Shown in pieces: positions 28,917 through 37,173 of a DNA stretch of 44,486 nt (positions within the stretch are counted from its first letter, which is position 1; the number at the start of each line of letters is the position of its first letter). Position numbers and translations under genes: made by a program. Source of the stretch: an uncultured Bacillota bacterium (GTDB lineage Bacteria; Bacillota_I; Bacilli_A; RFN20; CAG-449); contig CAJKZK010000002.1 of assembly GCA_905204225.1 (NCBI GenBank), forward strand, positions 1 through 44,486, in the 5' to 3' direction. The notes beneath the pieces were generated by a model. The model saw only the letters and a list, made by a program, of their open reading frames with translations, was not told the origin of the DNA and made no database searches.

Positions 28917-30251
28917 CTACGCCTCCTTAATATTAGGATATTTTTCTTCAATAAATGATTTATCATTAGAAAATTCATAATCAAAGAATGTAAATGTCGT
29001 TGTAAATGCAGATTCAGCATACAAACCAAATTTAACCGACCCATCTTCATTAACACTAAACCATTTAGTATCTAATGAATTAATTGTTCTAACATAAACA
29101 AGTTTATCAGTATCAAAATCTGTTAATAAAATATGTATTTTTTTATTTATGCCATCATAAACTAACCCCATTCTCATAATGATGTTTTTAAAATCTTCAT
29201 TTTTTATATTAGCTAAACCATGTGAACTAATAGAAACATCATTTCCATTAAATTTATCTGAAGTTGGATCACCAGTTGGTCCACCCATAACAGTTTGATA
29301 ACCACTAATTACACTTCTTGAACCAGTTTTATAACTAAGTGAAGCATATTTTCTTCCAACCATCATATTTGTATTAGCACTATATTTTTTAAAATAGTAA
29401 CCAATAGTAGCTAATTTATTTTGATCTCCAAAGAAAATACCTACTCTATTTTCATAAGTATTAGTTATATTTTCATAATTAGAAATAGAAAGTGCTGTTG
29501 AAAAATAAAAATATTTTTCTTCAGTATGGAAATAAGTAAATCCTGCATCTCTTTTATTATTTGCGTCTCCACTTCCAGATAAAGTAATAGATGTTTTTTT
29601 ATTATTTTCATCATCTAAAGAATAATCCCATTTATCAGAATTAAATGATTTTGTTTGAGCATCAAAATCACCAAAAGTTTTTCCAAAATTCAAATTCTCT
29701 TTAGCAAAACGCATGCTTATTTTTACATCAGTATCTGGCATAATAAATTTAACTGTTGTTGTTGAATATATACGCCTTTTATATATTTCTGAATTATTAA
29801 TAGATAATGATCTTTCTATACCATAATAAGCAAAATCAGGTGTAACACTAATATTTACTTCTTCTCCATATTGAGCACTTTTTTTATCACAAACAATTGT
29901 ACCACCTACTACATCATCAATAACAATATTAGAAATAATTGGAGTAAATTTTACACTAATATTAGCATTTTGATTAGGCATAACAAAAGTTGCATTATCA
30001 ATAAGATTATTGTTAACTTTTATTTCATCAACTTTATATCCTGTATCACTAACACAACTAACAAATAATAAGTCATTTTCACAAGCTTTAGTAACATTTT
30101 CTCCTTTTTTAATAATTTGAAAACTACCATTTTCTGTTTCGTTAAGAATAAGATCATGGTAAATCTTTTTAGTAAAAGAAGTTTGTCCGCAACTAGTTAT
30201 AACTAATCCAAACAAAATTAACATTAAGTTTTTTATAAATCTTTTTTTCAT
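28917..30251 (-). CDS. Surface lipoprotein: two divergent InlB B-repeat-like domains plus a lectin-like C-terminal domain
   Basis: Lipobox VITSC. Two modules of about 75 aa end ...ATFVMPNQNANISVKF and ...VKFIMPDTDVKISMRF. The domain names are inferred by pattern. Confidence 0.5.
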   Translation of the reverse strand: MKKRFIKNLMLILFGLVITSCGQTSFTKKIYHDLILNETENGSFQIIKKGENVTKACENDLLFVSCVSDTGYKVDEIKVNNNLIDNATFVMPNQNANISVKFTPIISNIVIDDVVGGTIVCDKKSAQYGEEVNISVTPDFAYYGIERSLSINNSEIYKRRIYSTTTVKFIMPDTDVKISMRFAKENLNFGKTFGDFDAQTKSFNSDKWDYSLDDENNKKTSITLSGSGDANNKRDAGFTYFHTEEKYFYFSTALSISNYENITNTYENRVGIFFGDQNKLATIGYYFKKYSANTNMMVGRKYASLSYKTGSRSVISGYQTVMGGPTGDPTSDKFNGNDVSISSHGLANIKNEDFKNIIMRMGLVYDGINKKIHILLTDFDTDKLVYVRTINSLDTKWFSVNEDGSVKFGLYAESAFTTTFTFFDYEFSNDKSFIEEKYPNIKEA

Positions 30252-30255
30252 AAAA

Positions 30256-31239
30256 CTAACCTATTTTTAAGACAACTTTACCAACATTTTTATTTGTTAA
30301 TAAAATATTATGTGCTTCTTCTACTTGAGCAATATCTAATATTTTATATATTGATGGTTTAATTGTTCCATCTTTAAAATATTTAAAGAAATCTCTTTGT
30401 AAATTTTTTAGTAATTTTTCTTTTTGCTCATTACTACGATTTCTTAACATACTACCAACTAAATGTAAGCCTTTAGTTAAAATTGGTCTTAATTGTATTT
30501 CACTAGTAACACCTGCTAAAGTTGAAATTATAACCCAATATCCACCTCTAGCCATATAACTAAGAGCTTCTCCCATATCTTTACCAGCTAAACAATCCAT
30601 TGCTACATTAATAGGGTGCCCTTCTTCTTCAAATCTTTTAAATACTTCTGGAATACTTTCTTTTTCTTGAACAATAACATAATCAGCATTTAAATGATTA
30701 ATTTTTTCTTTTATTTCATTAGTCATTACACTAGTTACTACAGTTGCCCCATAAGCTTTAGCCATAGGTATTGCAGCACTTGCCAGTCCACTTGCACCAG
30801 CAGCAATATAAACAATTTGTCCTTTTTGAAGTTTTCCTTCTTCAAATAAATTTAAATAAGAAGTTACATAAGCTTCAGGAATTGCACTTGCTTCTTCCAT
30901 AGTTAAGCCTTCCGGAACAGGAAGTACTAATTGATAAGGAATAGCTATTTTTTCTGCATAAGCTCCTCCACCAACTAAAGCACATACTTTATCACCAACT
31001 TTAAAATTAGTATTTTCTTGAGCTTTTTTACCCATTTCAATAATTTCTCCAGATAATTCTAATCCCATCCAAGCTGGCCAACCTTTAGGTGAAGGATATT
31101 TTCCTTCTCTTTGAAGTAAATCTGCTCTATTTAAAGCCACTGCATATATTTTAACAATTATTTTATCTTCTTCTAAGATAGGATCTTTGACTTCACTCCA
31201 AACAAGATTTTTATTTTTATCAACTAACATTGCTTTCAT
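30256..31239 (-). CDS. NAD(P)H:quinone oxidoreductase-like medium-chain reductase (zeta-crystallin/PIG3 type)
   Basis: VKIYAVALNRADLLQREGKYP...GLELSGEI...AAGASGLASAAI. Confidence 0.8.
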   Translation of the reverse strand: MKAMLVDKNKNLVWSEVKDPILEEDKIIVKIYAVALNRADLLQREGKYPSPKGWPAWMGLELSGEIIEMGKKAQENTNFKVGDKVCALVGGGAYAEKIAIPYQLVLPVPEGLTMEEASAIPEAYVTSYLNLFEEGKLQKGQIVYIAAGASGLASAAIPMAKAYGATVVTSVMTNEIKEKINHLNADYVIVQEKESIPEVFKRFEEEGHPINVAMDCLAGKDMGEALSYMARGGYWVIISTLAGVTSEIQLRPILTKGLHLVGSMLRNRSNEQKEKLLKNLQRDFFKYFKDGTIKPSIYKILDIAQVEEAHNILLTNKNVGKVVLKIG

Positions 31240-32191
31240 GTTCTTTTTCCTCCTTAACTATATCTTTCTTTTTAATTTGTAAATTACTTAATAATATTGC
31301 TATACTGACTAACAAAAATGAAATTAAATGTTCTACAGTAATTTTACTATTAAGTGGTAACAAAACAGATATTACTGCTGCAAATAACGGTTCAGACATT
31401 TTTACAATAAATAATTTTGATAAATCATATTTTTTAACCACCGAATACCATAATGAATAACTGATAATTGTAACAATCACCAAATAAATTAATATAAACA
31501 TTCCTGTAATAGTTATATTTCTCAACCTTCCACCAAAACATAAACCTATTATTAAGAGCACTATCCCACCAAACAATTGAGAATAACCAGTTACTGCTAC
31601 AGGAGAAACATCTTTTATAAATTTCTTATATACAACATTATATATTACTGTACAAAAACTTGCACCTATTACTAAAATGCTACCTATATCAAATTTAATT
31701 TTAAATGCATCCATATTAACTATAACTATTGACGCTACTCCTATTAACGCTGCTAATAATTTTAAAATAGAGAATTTTTCTTCTTTAATAAATAAGAACG
31801 AGAAACAAACAAATATTAATACACCAGATTGTTTTAATAATGCCGTTGAAGCACTATTATTTTTTGATAAATCTATATAAGTAAACGAATAATGAAGAAT
31901 AATAGCAAACAAACCAACAAATAAAATTCCAATAAGATTATTTTTATTTTTTAATGCTTTATATTCTTTATTCTTTATTGTGAATAAAGATAAAATAAAG
32001 CCACTAAGAGAAAATCTTAACCCTGCAAATAAAATTAAATCAGGAACAAAATCTGTTTTTAAGGAGAATTCTTTAAATCCCCATTGCACGAATGGATATA
32101 AAGACCCCCATAAAGCCATAACTATAAGACTTATTATAATAATTTTAATTGTATTATTTTTTTCATTACTAACCGAATTATTAACCACCAT
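31220..32191 (-). CDS. DMT superfamily (EamA-type) transporter
   Basis: 323 aa with 10 hydrophobic helices in two halves. It has a TGA stop. Confidence 0.75.
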   Translation of the reverse strand: MVVNNSVSNEKNNTIKIIIISLIVMALWGSLYPFVQWGFKEFSLKTDFVPDLILFAGLRFSLSGFILSLFTIKNKEYKALKNKNNLIGILFVGLFAIILHYSFTYIDLSKNNSASTALLKQSGVLIFVCFSFLFIKEEKFSILKLLAALIGVASIVIVNMDAFKIKFDIGSILVIGASFCTVIYNVVYKKFIKDVSPVAVTGYSQLFGGIVLLIIGLCFGGRLRNITITGMFILIYLVIVTIISYSLWYSVVKKYDLSKLFIVKMSEPLFAAVISVLLPLNSKITVEHLISFLLVSIAILLSNLQIKKKDIVKEEKEHESNVS

Positions 32192-32194
32192 ATA

Positions 32195-33196
32195 TTATTT
32201 ATCGAAACAATATCCACAAGCTTCAAGAGTTAATTTATGAACTAAATATTCATGTTCATAAGAATATGGGTTTTGTTCTTCTTTGTTTATCATTCTATAT
32301 AGGTGTTTAAATTGATCAATATATCTTCCATTTTGAGGTTCTATTTCCACCTCTTTTCCACAGCAATTCCATGCTTTAGCATATTCTTTATTACAAATCA
32401 CTACTTTAGAAGGAGTTTCTATTGGTTGAACCATAATAGTTCCTTGCTCTCCACAAACAGTAAATTCTCTTCTTTCCCAGCCATTAATTTCTGAACAATT
32501 AATTTTAACAGTTGCTATTCCTTTATCATATTCTAAAATAGCAAATCCACTATCTTCTAAATCAAGATTATCAATTCCAGTTTTTTTATTAAAAGGAATA
32601 ACTCTTTTTGGTTTACCAAGTATAGATACAATCAAATCAATTAAATGACAACCATATATATACATTGATGGAGCTAAAACATTATATGACATCAATCTTT
32701 TTTTGAAATCAACATTTAATCCCGTTGACATAGAAGCTTCAATAGATAATGGAGTTCCAACAAATCCTTCTTTAATTTTATTAAATGTATATTTAATTGC
32801 ATTATTATATCTATACATATACCCCATTTGAATAATTAAATTCTTTTCTTTAGCACTCATTAATAAATGTTTAAATTCTTCTAAATCAATTCCAGCAGGT
32901 TTATCTAAATGAATATGATAGCCTCTATCTATACATTTCTGTCCAAATTTAACAAGATTTTCTACAGCGGGTTCAACAAGCATCAAATCTACATCTTTGA
33001 TATTAAACAATTCTTCTTCAGTAAGAAATTTTAAACCATTATAGCATTTATCTATCCCACGTCTTTTTTTTACTTCTTCATTTTCAGCATATACACCAAC
33101 TATTTCAAATAAATCATTCATCGAACGCATTTCCATTACTTTAGCAGCACAATGATTATGATCAATTCCATATATTCCGACTTTAATTTTACCCAT
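32195..33196 (-). CDS. Gfo/Idh/MocA family oxidoreductase (GxGHNH variant)
   Basis: KVGIYGIDHNH...HIHLDKPAG. It is a paralog of 37174..38169, and I estimate the similarity as moderate by eye. Confidence 0.8.
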   Translation of the reverse strand: MGKIKVGIYGIDHNHCAAKVMEMRSMNDLFEIVGVYAENEEVKKRRGIDKCYNGLKFLTEEELFNIKDVDLMLVEPAVENLVKFGQKCIDRGYHIHLDKPAGIDLEEFKHLLMSAKEKNLIIQMGYMYRYNNAIKYTFNKIKEGFVGTPLSIEASMSTGLNVDFKKRLMSYNVLAPSMYIYGCHLIDLIVSILGKPKRVIPFNKKTGIDNLDLEDSGFAILEYDKGIATVKINCSEINGWERREFTVCGEQGTIMVQPIETPSKVVICNKEYAKAWNCCGKEVEIEPQNGRYIDQFKHLYRMINKEEQNPYSYEHEYLVHKLTLEACGYCFDK

Positions 33197-33216
33197 AAAC
33201 TTACTCTCCTAAAGAG

Positions 33217-33245
33217 AGTATATTTTGGAAGCGCTTTATTGTAAA
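33217..33245 (-). promoter_or_regulatory. Sigma-70 promoter of the 13-gene locus (TTTACA-17-TATACT) with a cre-like TGGAAGCGCTTTAT in the spacer (33226-33239)
   Basis: -35 at 33240-33245 and -10 at 33217-33222, read on the minus strand. The spacer contains the palindrome AAGCGCTT. Confidence 0.55.
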
Positions 33246-33264
33246 TGTTAATAATGATATTATT

Positions 33265-33301
33265 TATCAAATTTGATACGAAATTTTATCTTTATTATTA
33301 A
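33265..33301 (+). promoter_or_regulatory. Palindromic operator TATCAA-AT-TTGATA (33265-33278) overlapping the -35 of the AraC promoter TTGATA-17-TATTAA
   Basis: The palindrome is a perfect 6+2+6. -35 at 33273-33278 and -10 at 33296-33301. Confidence 0.45.
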
Positions 33302-33342
33302 AAAATTCATGTTATTATATTTATATAAATAGGAGAAAAATT

Positions 33343-34164
33343 ATGAAAAAGAATAATTTAGATTTATCCAATTTAGTACTTTATAAAATCTTAGCAGTTA
33401 ACACAATTAACAAAACAAATAATCAAGTTGTCATTCGTAAAGGAAGGTTTACATACGCTTTAGCTTTAAAAATAGAAGGAAGCACAATTTATAAATGTAA
33501 TAATAAAGAATATATTTCTGATTGCCATACTTTATTAATTATATCTAAAAACACCAATTATACATGGTATTGTGAAAAATTAGGTAAATGTATAATGATA
33601 GAATTTGATGCCGATTTCGATAACCAATTATTTGATTTTTATCCAATCCAATTAAACATTCAAAATGAACAAGAAATAGCAAAATTGTTTACCATAATGG
33701 CCAATATTTGGAATTCAAAAAAGAAAAATTATATTTTAAAATGTAAATCATTATTTTATGAAATAATATCAAAAGCAATGACAAATTTTGAAGACATTTA
33801 TGTTCCTAAATACATGATTAAATCCATTGAACCTGCCATGAAATATATGCTTAACAGTTATGATGATATTGATATATCAAATGAAAGTTTAGCAAAATTA
33901 TGTGGCATTTCAGTAGTTTATTTTAGAAAACTATTTTATAAAATTTATAAAGTTGCTCCTATTAAATATCTTAAAAAAATACGTTTAGATAAAGCAAAAG
34001 AATTACTAATAGGAGATTTCTCTTCCATTAGTGACATTGCGACATTAGTAGGTTTTTCAAGTGTATACACCTTTTCTAAAACTTTTAAAAAAGAAATTGG
34101 TGTAGCACCAACTGAATACGCTAAAACCATTAATCTTGAGAAAGTAAAAAGTTCTACCAATTAA
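33343..34164 (+). CDS. AraC family transcriptional regulator
   Basis: Cupin-like N-terminus. The C-terminal double HTH is LAKLCGISVVYFRKLFYKIYKVAPIKYLKKIRLDKAKELL...ATLVGFSSVYTFSKTFKKEIGVAPTEY. AGGAGA lies upstream. Confidence 0.9.
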   Translation: MKKNNLDLSNLVLYKILAVNTINKTNNQVVIRKGRFTYALALKIEGSTIYKCNNKEYISDCHTLLIISKNTNYTWYCEKLGKCIMIEFDADFDNQLFDFYPIQLNIQNEQEIAKLFTIMANIWNSKKKNYILKCKSLFYEIISKAMTNFEDIYVPKYMIKSIEPAMKYMLNSYDDIDISNESLAKLCGISVVYFRKLFYKIYKVAPIKYLKKIRLDKAKELLIGDFSSISDIATLVGFSSVYTFSKTFKKEIGVAPTEYAKTINLEKVKSSTN

Positions 34165-34180
34165 AGTAGAACTTTTTTTC
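34148..34180. terminator. Bidirectional hairpin terminator between the convergent AraC and GLUG genes
   Basis: AAAGTTCTAC-loop-GTAGAACTTT, followed by T7 on the plus strand. Confidence 0.7.
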
Positions 34181-35923
34181 TTATTTATTTACATATTCAT
34201 TTGTACAATTACTTACTATAGCAGTATCTACCAAAAAACCAACAATATATCCAACTCTTTTATTATTAGCATCTCCATTTTCTTTTGTTACTATGCCATC
34301 AACTTTAACATTATTTTTATTAATACAATTGTCTAATTTAGATTCTCCTCTTACCATACCAACTATACCACCACACCTATATCCACCTAAAGAATATTCT
34401 ACAGTTGCCTCAACAACACCTTCATTTATCGCATTAGATAATGTTGATGAAATATTATCAGTATATCCAAGTCCTCCCATAATACCACCAACATAACTTG
34501 TACCTTTAACATAACCTTTATTTATTGCACCATCAATTTTAACTTTAGAAAAATTCAATATTCCTATTACTCCACCAGTGCCTTCTTTTCCAGATATAAC
34601 ACCTTCATTTGTTAAAGTTTTTATTTCAATATTGTTTCTTCTTATAATGCCTATTGTCCCACCAGTACAAAAGCCTTCATTTCTTACATATCCATAATTT
34701 TTTAAATCATTTATTGCAGTAGCATTTGCTTCTATTGTTCCTATTACTCCACCTACACCTTGCTGTTTAGCATCTTTTTTTGCTACATACCCATATACAA
34801 ATCCATTATTTGTTAAATTAGATACTGAACCAGTTTGTAACAATCCAATAACACCTCCAATATGTCCTTTACCAGCTAAAATATCAGTTTCTTTAAATTT
34901 TCCAGTAACAAATGCATTATTTGTAACATTTTCTACTGTTCCACCATTTAAATAACCTACTACTCCACCAGCTACTCTATTTTGAGTGCAAACAATACCA
35001 GATGTAGAAACGTTTTTAATTGTACCCGAACTTGCATTAAACAAGCCTGCCATATATGATTTATTAACGCACAATTTAACATCATGATTATCTCCATCAA
35101 AATTTCCTTTAAATTCTTTTGTAGACCATTTTCCGTTTACTAAATCACCATCTCCAATTCCAGTAAACTTTGGATTCGTCATATCTAAATCTTTTGTTAA
35201 TTTTATATATTTACCATCAAATCCATTACCTTTTTTTACTTCATTAGCAAAAAAAGCCATATCGTTGGAAGTTTTAATTAAGTATGGATCATTTTCAGTT
35301 CCATAAGTATCAGCGTTTTGACCTTCTGATTTTGTAAAATCATTTTCAGTTATTCCATCCCATACATCATATTTTTGAGCATTATTTTTTTCTTCATTTA
35401 AAGATTTTGTTGCCGAGCTTCTTTCTTCATCATTAATTGAAACAAAAACTGATATATCTTTATCTTTATATTTAGATGTATTTGTAAATTTTATTGTATA
35501 ACATGCCCAATAATAATCAGTTTTTTCACTAACAAGTTCTCCATTATCACTATAATAAGAAATTTCATCACCATTTTTTATTCCATTATAAAGACAATTA
35601 ACTGAAAACATTTTAATTGGTTCAACTTGGTTATCTATAGAACTAATTACTCTTGTATATTTAACTGAATTTACATCACCTTTTATAGCAATTGCAAATC
35701 TTAAATATTCATTATCAGCATCTTTACCATATTGAGTAAATATTTTTGAACATTGATAGTCATTTACTGTATTTTCTTGATTATTTTGAAGTAATTTAAT
35801 TTTAGTATCATTATTTTTTATTGTTGTTGTTTCATTTAATATTTCTTGATTATTTTTTTGATTATTACTAACAATACTTATCATTAATAAAGTACTAAAT
35901 AAAAAAATTAATTGTTTTTTCAT
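34181..35923 (-). CDS. Secreted GLUG-motif repeat protein (no lipobox)
   Basis: Signal or anchor: MKKQLIFLFSTLLMISIV. GG(V/I)(V/I)G repeats recur about every 25-30 aa: AGGVVGYLNGG, IGGVIGLLQTG, VGGVIGTIEAN, TGGVIGILNFS, VGGIMGGLGYT, CGGIVGMVRGE. GGGAG lies upstream. Confidence 0.7.
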   Translation of the reverse strand: MKKQLIFLFSTLLMISIVSNNQKNNQEILNETTTIKNNDTKIKLLQNNQENTVNDYQCSKIFTQYGKDADNEYLRFAIAIKGDVNSVKYTRVISSIDNQVEPIKMFSVNCLYNGIKNGDEISYYSDNGELVSEKTDYYWACYTIKFTNTSKYKDKDISVFVSINDEERSSATKSLNEEKNNAQKYDVWDGITENDFTKSEGQNADTYGTENDPYLIKTSNDMAFFANEVKKGNGFDGKYIKLTKDLDMTNPKFTGIGDGDLVNGKWSTKEFKGNFDGDNHDVKLCVNKSYMAGLFNASSGTIKNVSTSGIVCTQNRVAGGVVGYLNGGTVENVTNNAFVTGKFKETDILAGKGHIGGVIGLLQTGSVSNLTNNGFVYGYVAKKDAKQQGVGGVIGTIEANATAINDLKNYGYVRNEGFCTGGTIGIIRRNNIEIKTLTNEGVISGKEGTGGVIGILNFSKVKIDGAINKGYVKGTSYVGGIMGGLGYTDNISSTLSNAINEGVVEATVEYSLGGYRCGGIVGMVRGESKLDNCINKNNVKVDGIVTKENGDANNKRVGYIVGFLVDTAIVSNCTNEYVNK

Positions 35924-35937
35924 TTTTAGTTCTCCCT

Positions 35938-36063
35938 CTATAATGTTTCATCAAAATTATAAATATCTTTTGTTTCTTCAGTTTTGGTTAAACCTGAAGA
36001 TAAAACTATATCTTCTATTTTAATTATTATTTCTTTAATTAATGGCTTATTATATTTTTTCAT
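35938..36063 (-). CDS. Unlisted small ORF, 41 aa: MKKYNKPLIKEIIIKIEDIVLSSGLTKTEETKDIYNFDETL
   Basis: ATG 36063 has AAGGA 8 nt upstream. It fills the GH43-to-GLUG gap. Its TAG stop abuts the GLUG gene ribosome-binding site. Confidence 0.45.
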   Translation of the reverse strand: MKKYNKPLIKEIIIKIEDIVLSSGLTKTEETKDIYNFDETL

Positions 36064-36083
36064 TTTATTATTCCTTTTCCAAA

Positions 36084-36992
36084 TTATCTTTTTATTACTT
36101 CTAATTTTTCTTTATCAACTGATATTTCACAAATTCTTGCAGTTCTTACATCTTTATTTTTAGTAAATGTATCATAATCTCTACCATGATAAATTAAATA
36201 ATAATGTCCATTTTCAATAATCATTGAATTATGACCTGTTCCTTCTTCAAATTCATTTTTTCTCAATAATGGATGATATTCATTATCATTTGGATATTTT
36301 TTAAAATCTAAATCTAATAAATTATCTGTATTTCCTTTAGCTACACTATAACCGATATAATAATTTTCACTATTGAAACAATTACCTGAATATAAAATAT
36401 AATGATAATCTCCTTTTCTAAAATAATATGCTCCTTCGATAGTGTGCCAATGTTGACCTTTTTTAAAACGATCTTTCATAAATATTTCTTCATCAAGAGT
36501 AGCTCTTACCACTACTTTAGGTTTATTTTCAACTTCTAAAGGGTCTTTCATCTTATCAAGAACTATTAATGTTCCAGCACGTTTAGCATCATAATCATTT
36601 AAAGAATAAAAAATATATAAATCATTACCAGATTTAACTACATGTGGATCAATTGAAAAAGGTTTCAATATATATTTAATAAATTTGAATTCTTCATCAG
36701 GCTTATCCGCTATCGCTACTAATATTCTTTGTTGATGAGTATCACTTTCATTAATTGGCATAGTTGATACATACATGTAATATTTATTATCAATTTCAAT
36801 AACCGCAGGTGCCCAATATTCTTTTTCATCAACTTTAGTAAAACATAACCCTCGATATTTCCAATTAATCTTATCATCGCTTGAATATAAATGTACGCCT
36901 TCGTTATGAGTACAATACATATAATATTCTTCTTTTACCTTAATTACATATGGATCACCTTGTGAACGATTTTGTTCAATATTTAATTTCAT
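36084..36992 (-). CDS. Glycoside hydrolase family 43 (intracellular, no signal peptide)
   Basis: GDPYVIKVKEEYYMY, YWAPAVIEIDNKYYMYVS, IDPHVV, IEGAYYFRKGDYHYILYSGN. Confidence 0.85.
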   Translation of the reverse strand: MKLNIEQNRSQGDPYVIKVKEEYYMYCTHNEGVHLYSSDDKINWKYRGLCFTKVDEKEYWAPAVIEIDNKYYMYVSTMPINESDTHQQRILVAIADKPDEEFKFIKYILKPFSIDPHVVKSGNDLYIFYSLNDYDAKRAGTLIVLDKMKDPLEVENKPKVVVRATLDEEIFMKDRFKKGQHWHTIEGAYYFRKGDYHYILYSGNCFNSENYYIGYSVAKGNTDNLLDLDFKKYPNDNEYHPLLRKNEFEEGTGHNSMIIENGHYYLIYHGRDYDTFTKNKDVRTARICEISVDKEKLEVIKR

Positions 36993-37027
36993 AAAATAAA
37001 AATCATAAAATAATTAAAAATTATTCA

Positions 37028-37106
37028 TGAAACCCCTTTCAAAATTATTTTATCAAACATATATTTTTTTTAAATGGCCAAACTGGTAATTTTATCTTTT
37101 TTGATA
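37028..37106 (-). promoter_or_regulatory. Conserved upstream block: cre/LacI-type palindrome TGAAAGGGGTTTCA (37028-37041), TAAAAT, A8 tract, TTGGCC (37076-37081), degenerate TTATC-N6-GATA (37092-37106)
   Basis: It aligns nearly base for base with 43866-43947, upstream of the SASA-GLUG gene. Confidence 0.55.
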
Positions 37107-37173
37107 CTAATTAATATTTAGTAACAAATTAAGACTATATTATTTTTAATTTCATTTATTAAAAAAATTATTT

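Noticed and set aside
31217-31222. Alternative genetic code (TGA = Trp), as in Mycoplasma and Spiroplasma
   Set aside because: TGA terminates at least three well-delimited genes (25822, 31220, 39671). All family-recognisable proteins are full length under the standard code, and Trp is encoded by TGG. At 31220 the TGA is followed directly by TAA, which is uninformative on its own.
36993-37029. GH43 (36084-36992) as a pseudogene because of the in-frame TAA upstream
   Set aside because: The annotated start leaves the normal 10-15 residues or so before the GDPYV motif, and the body is intact. The upstream ATG-TAA is better treated as a mini-ORF.
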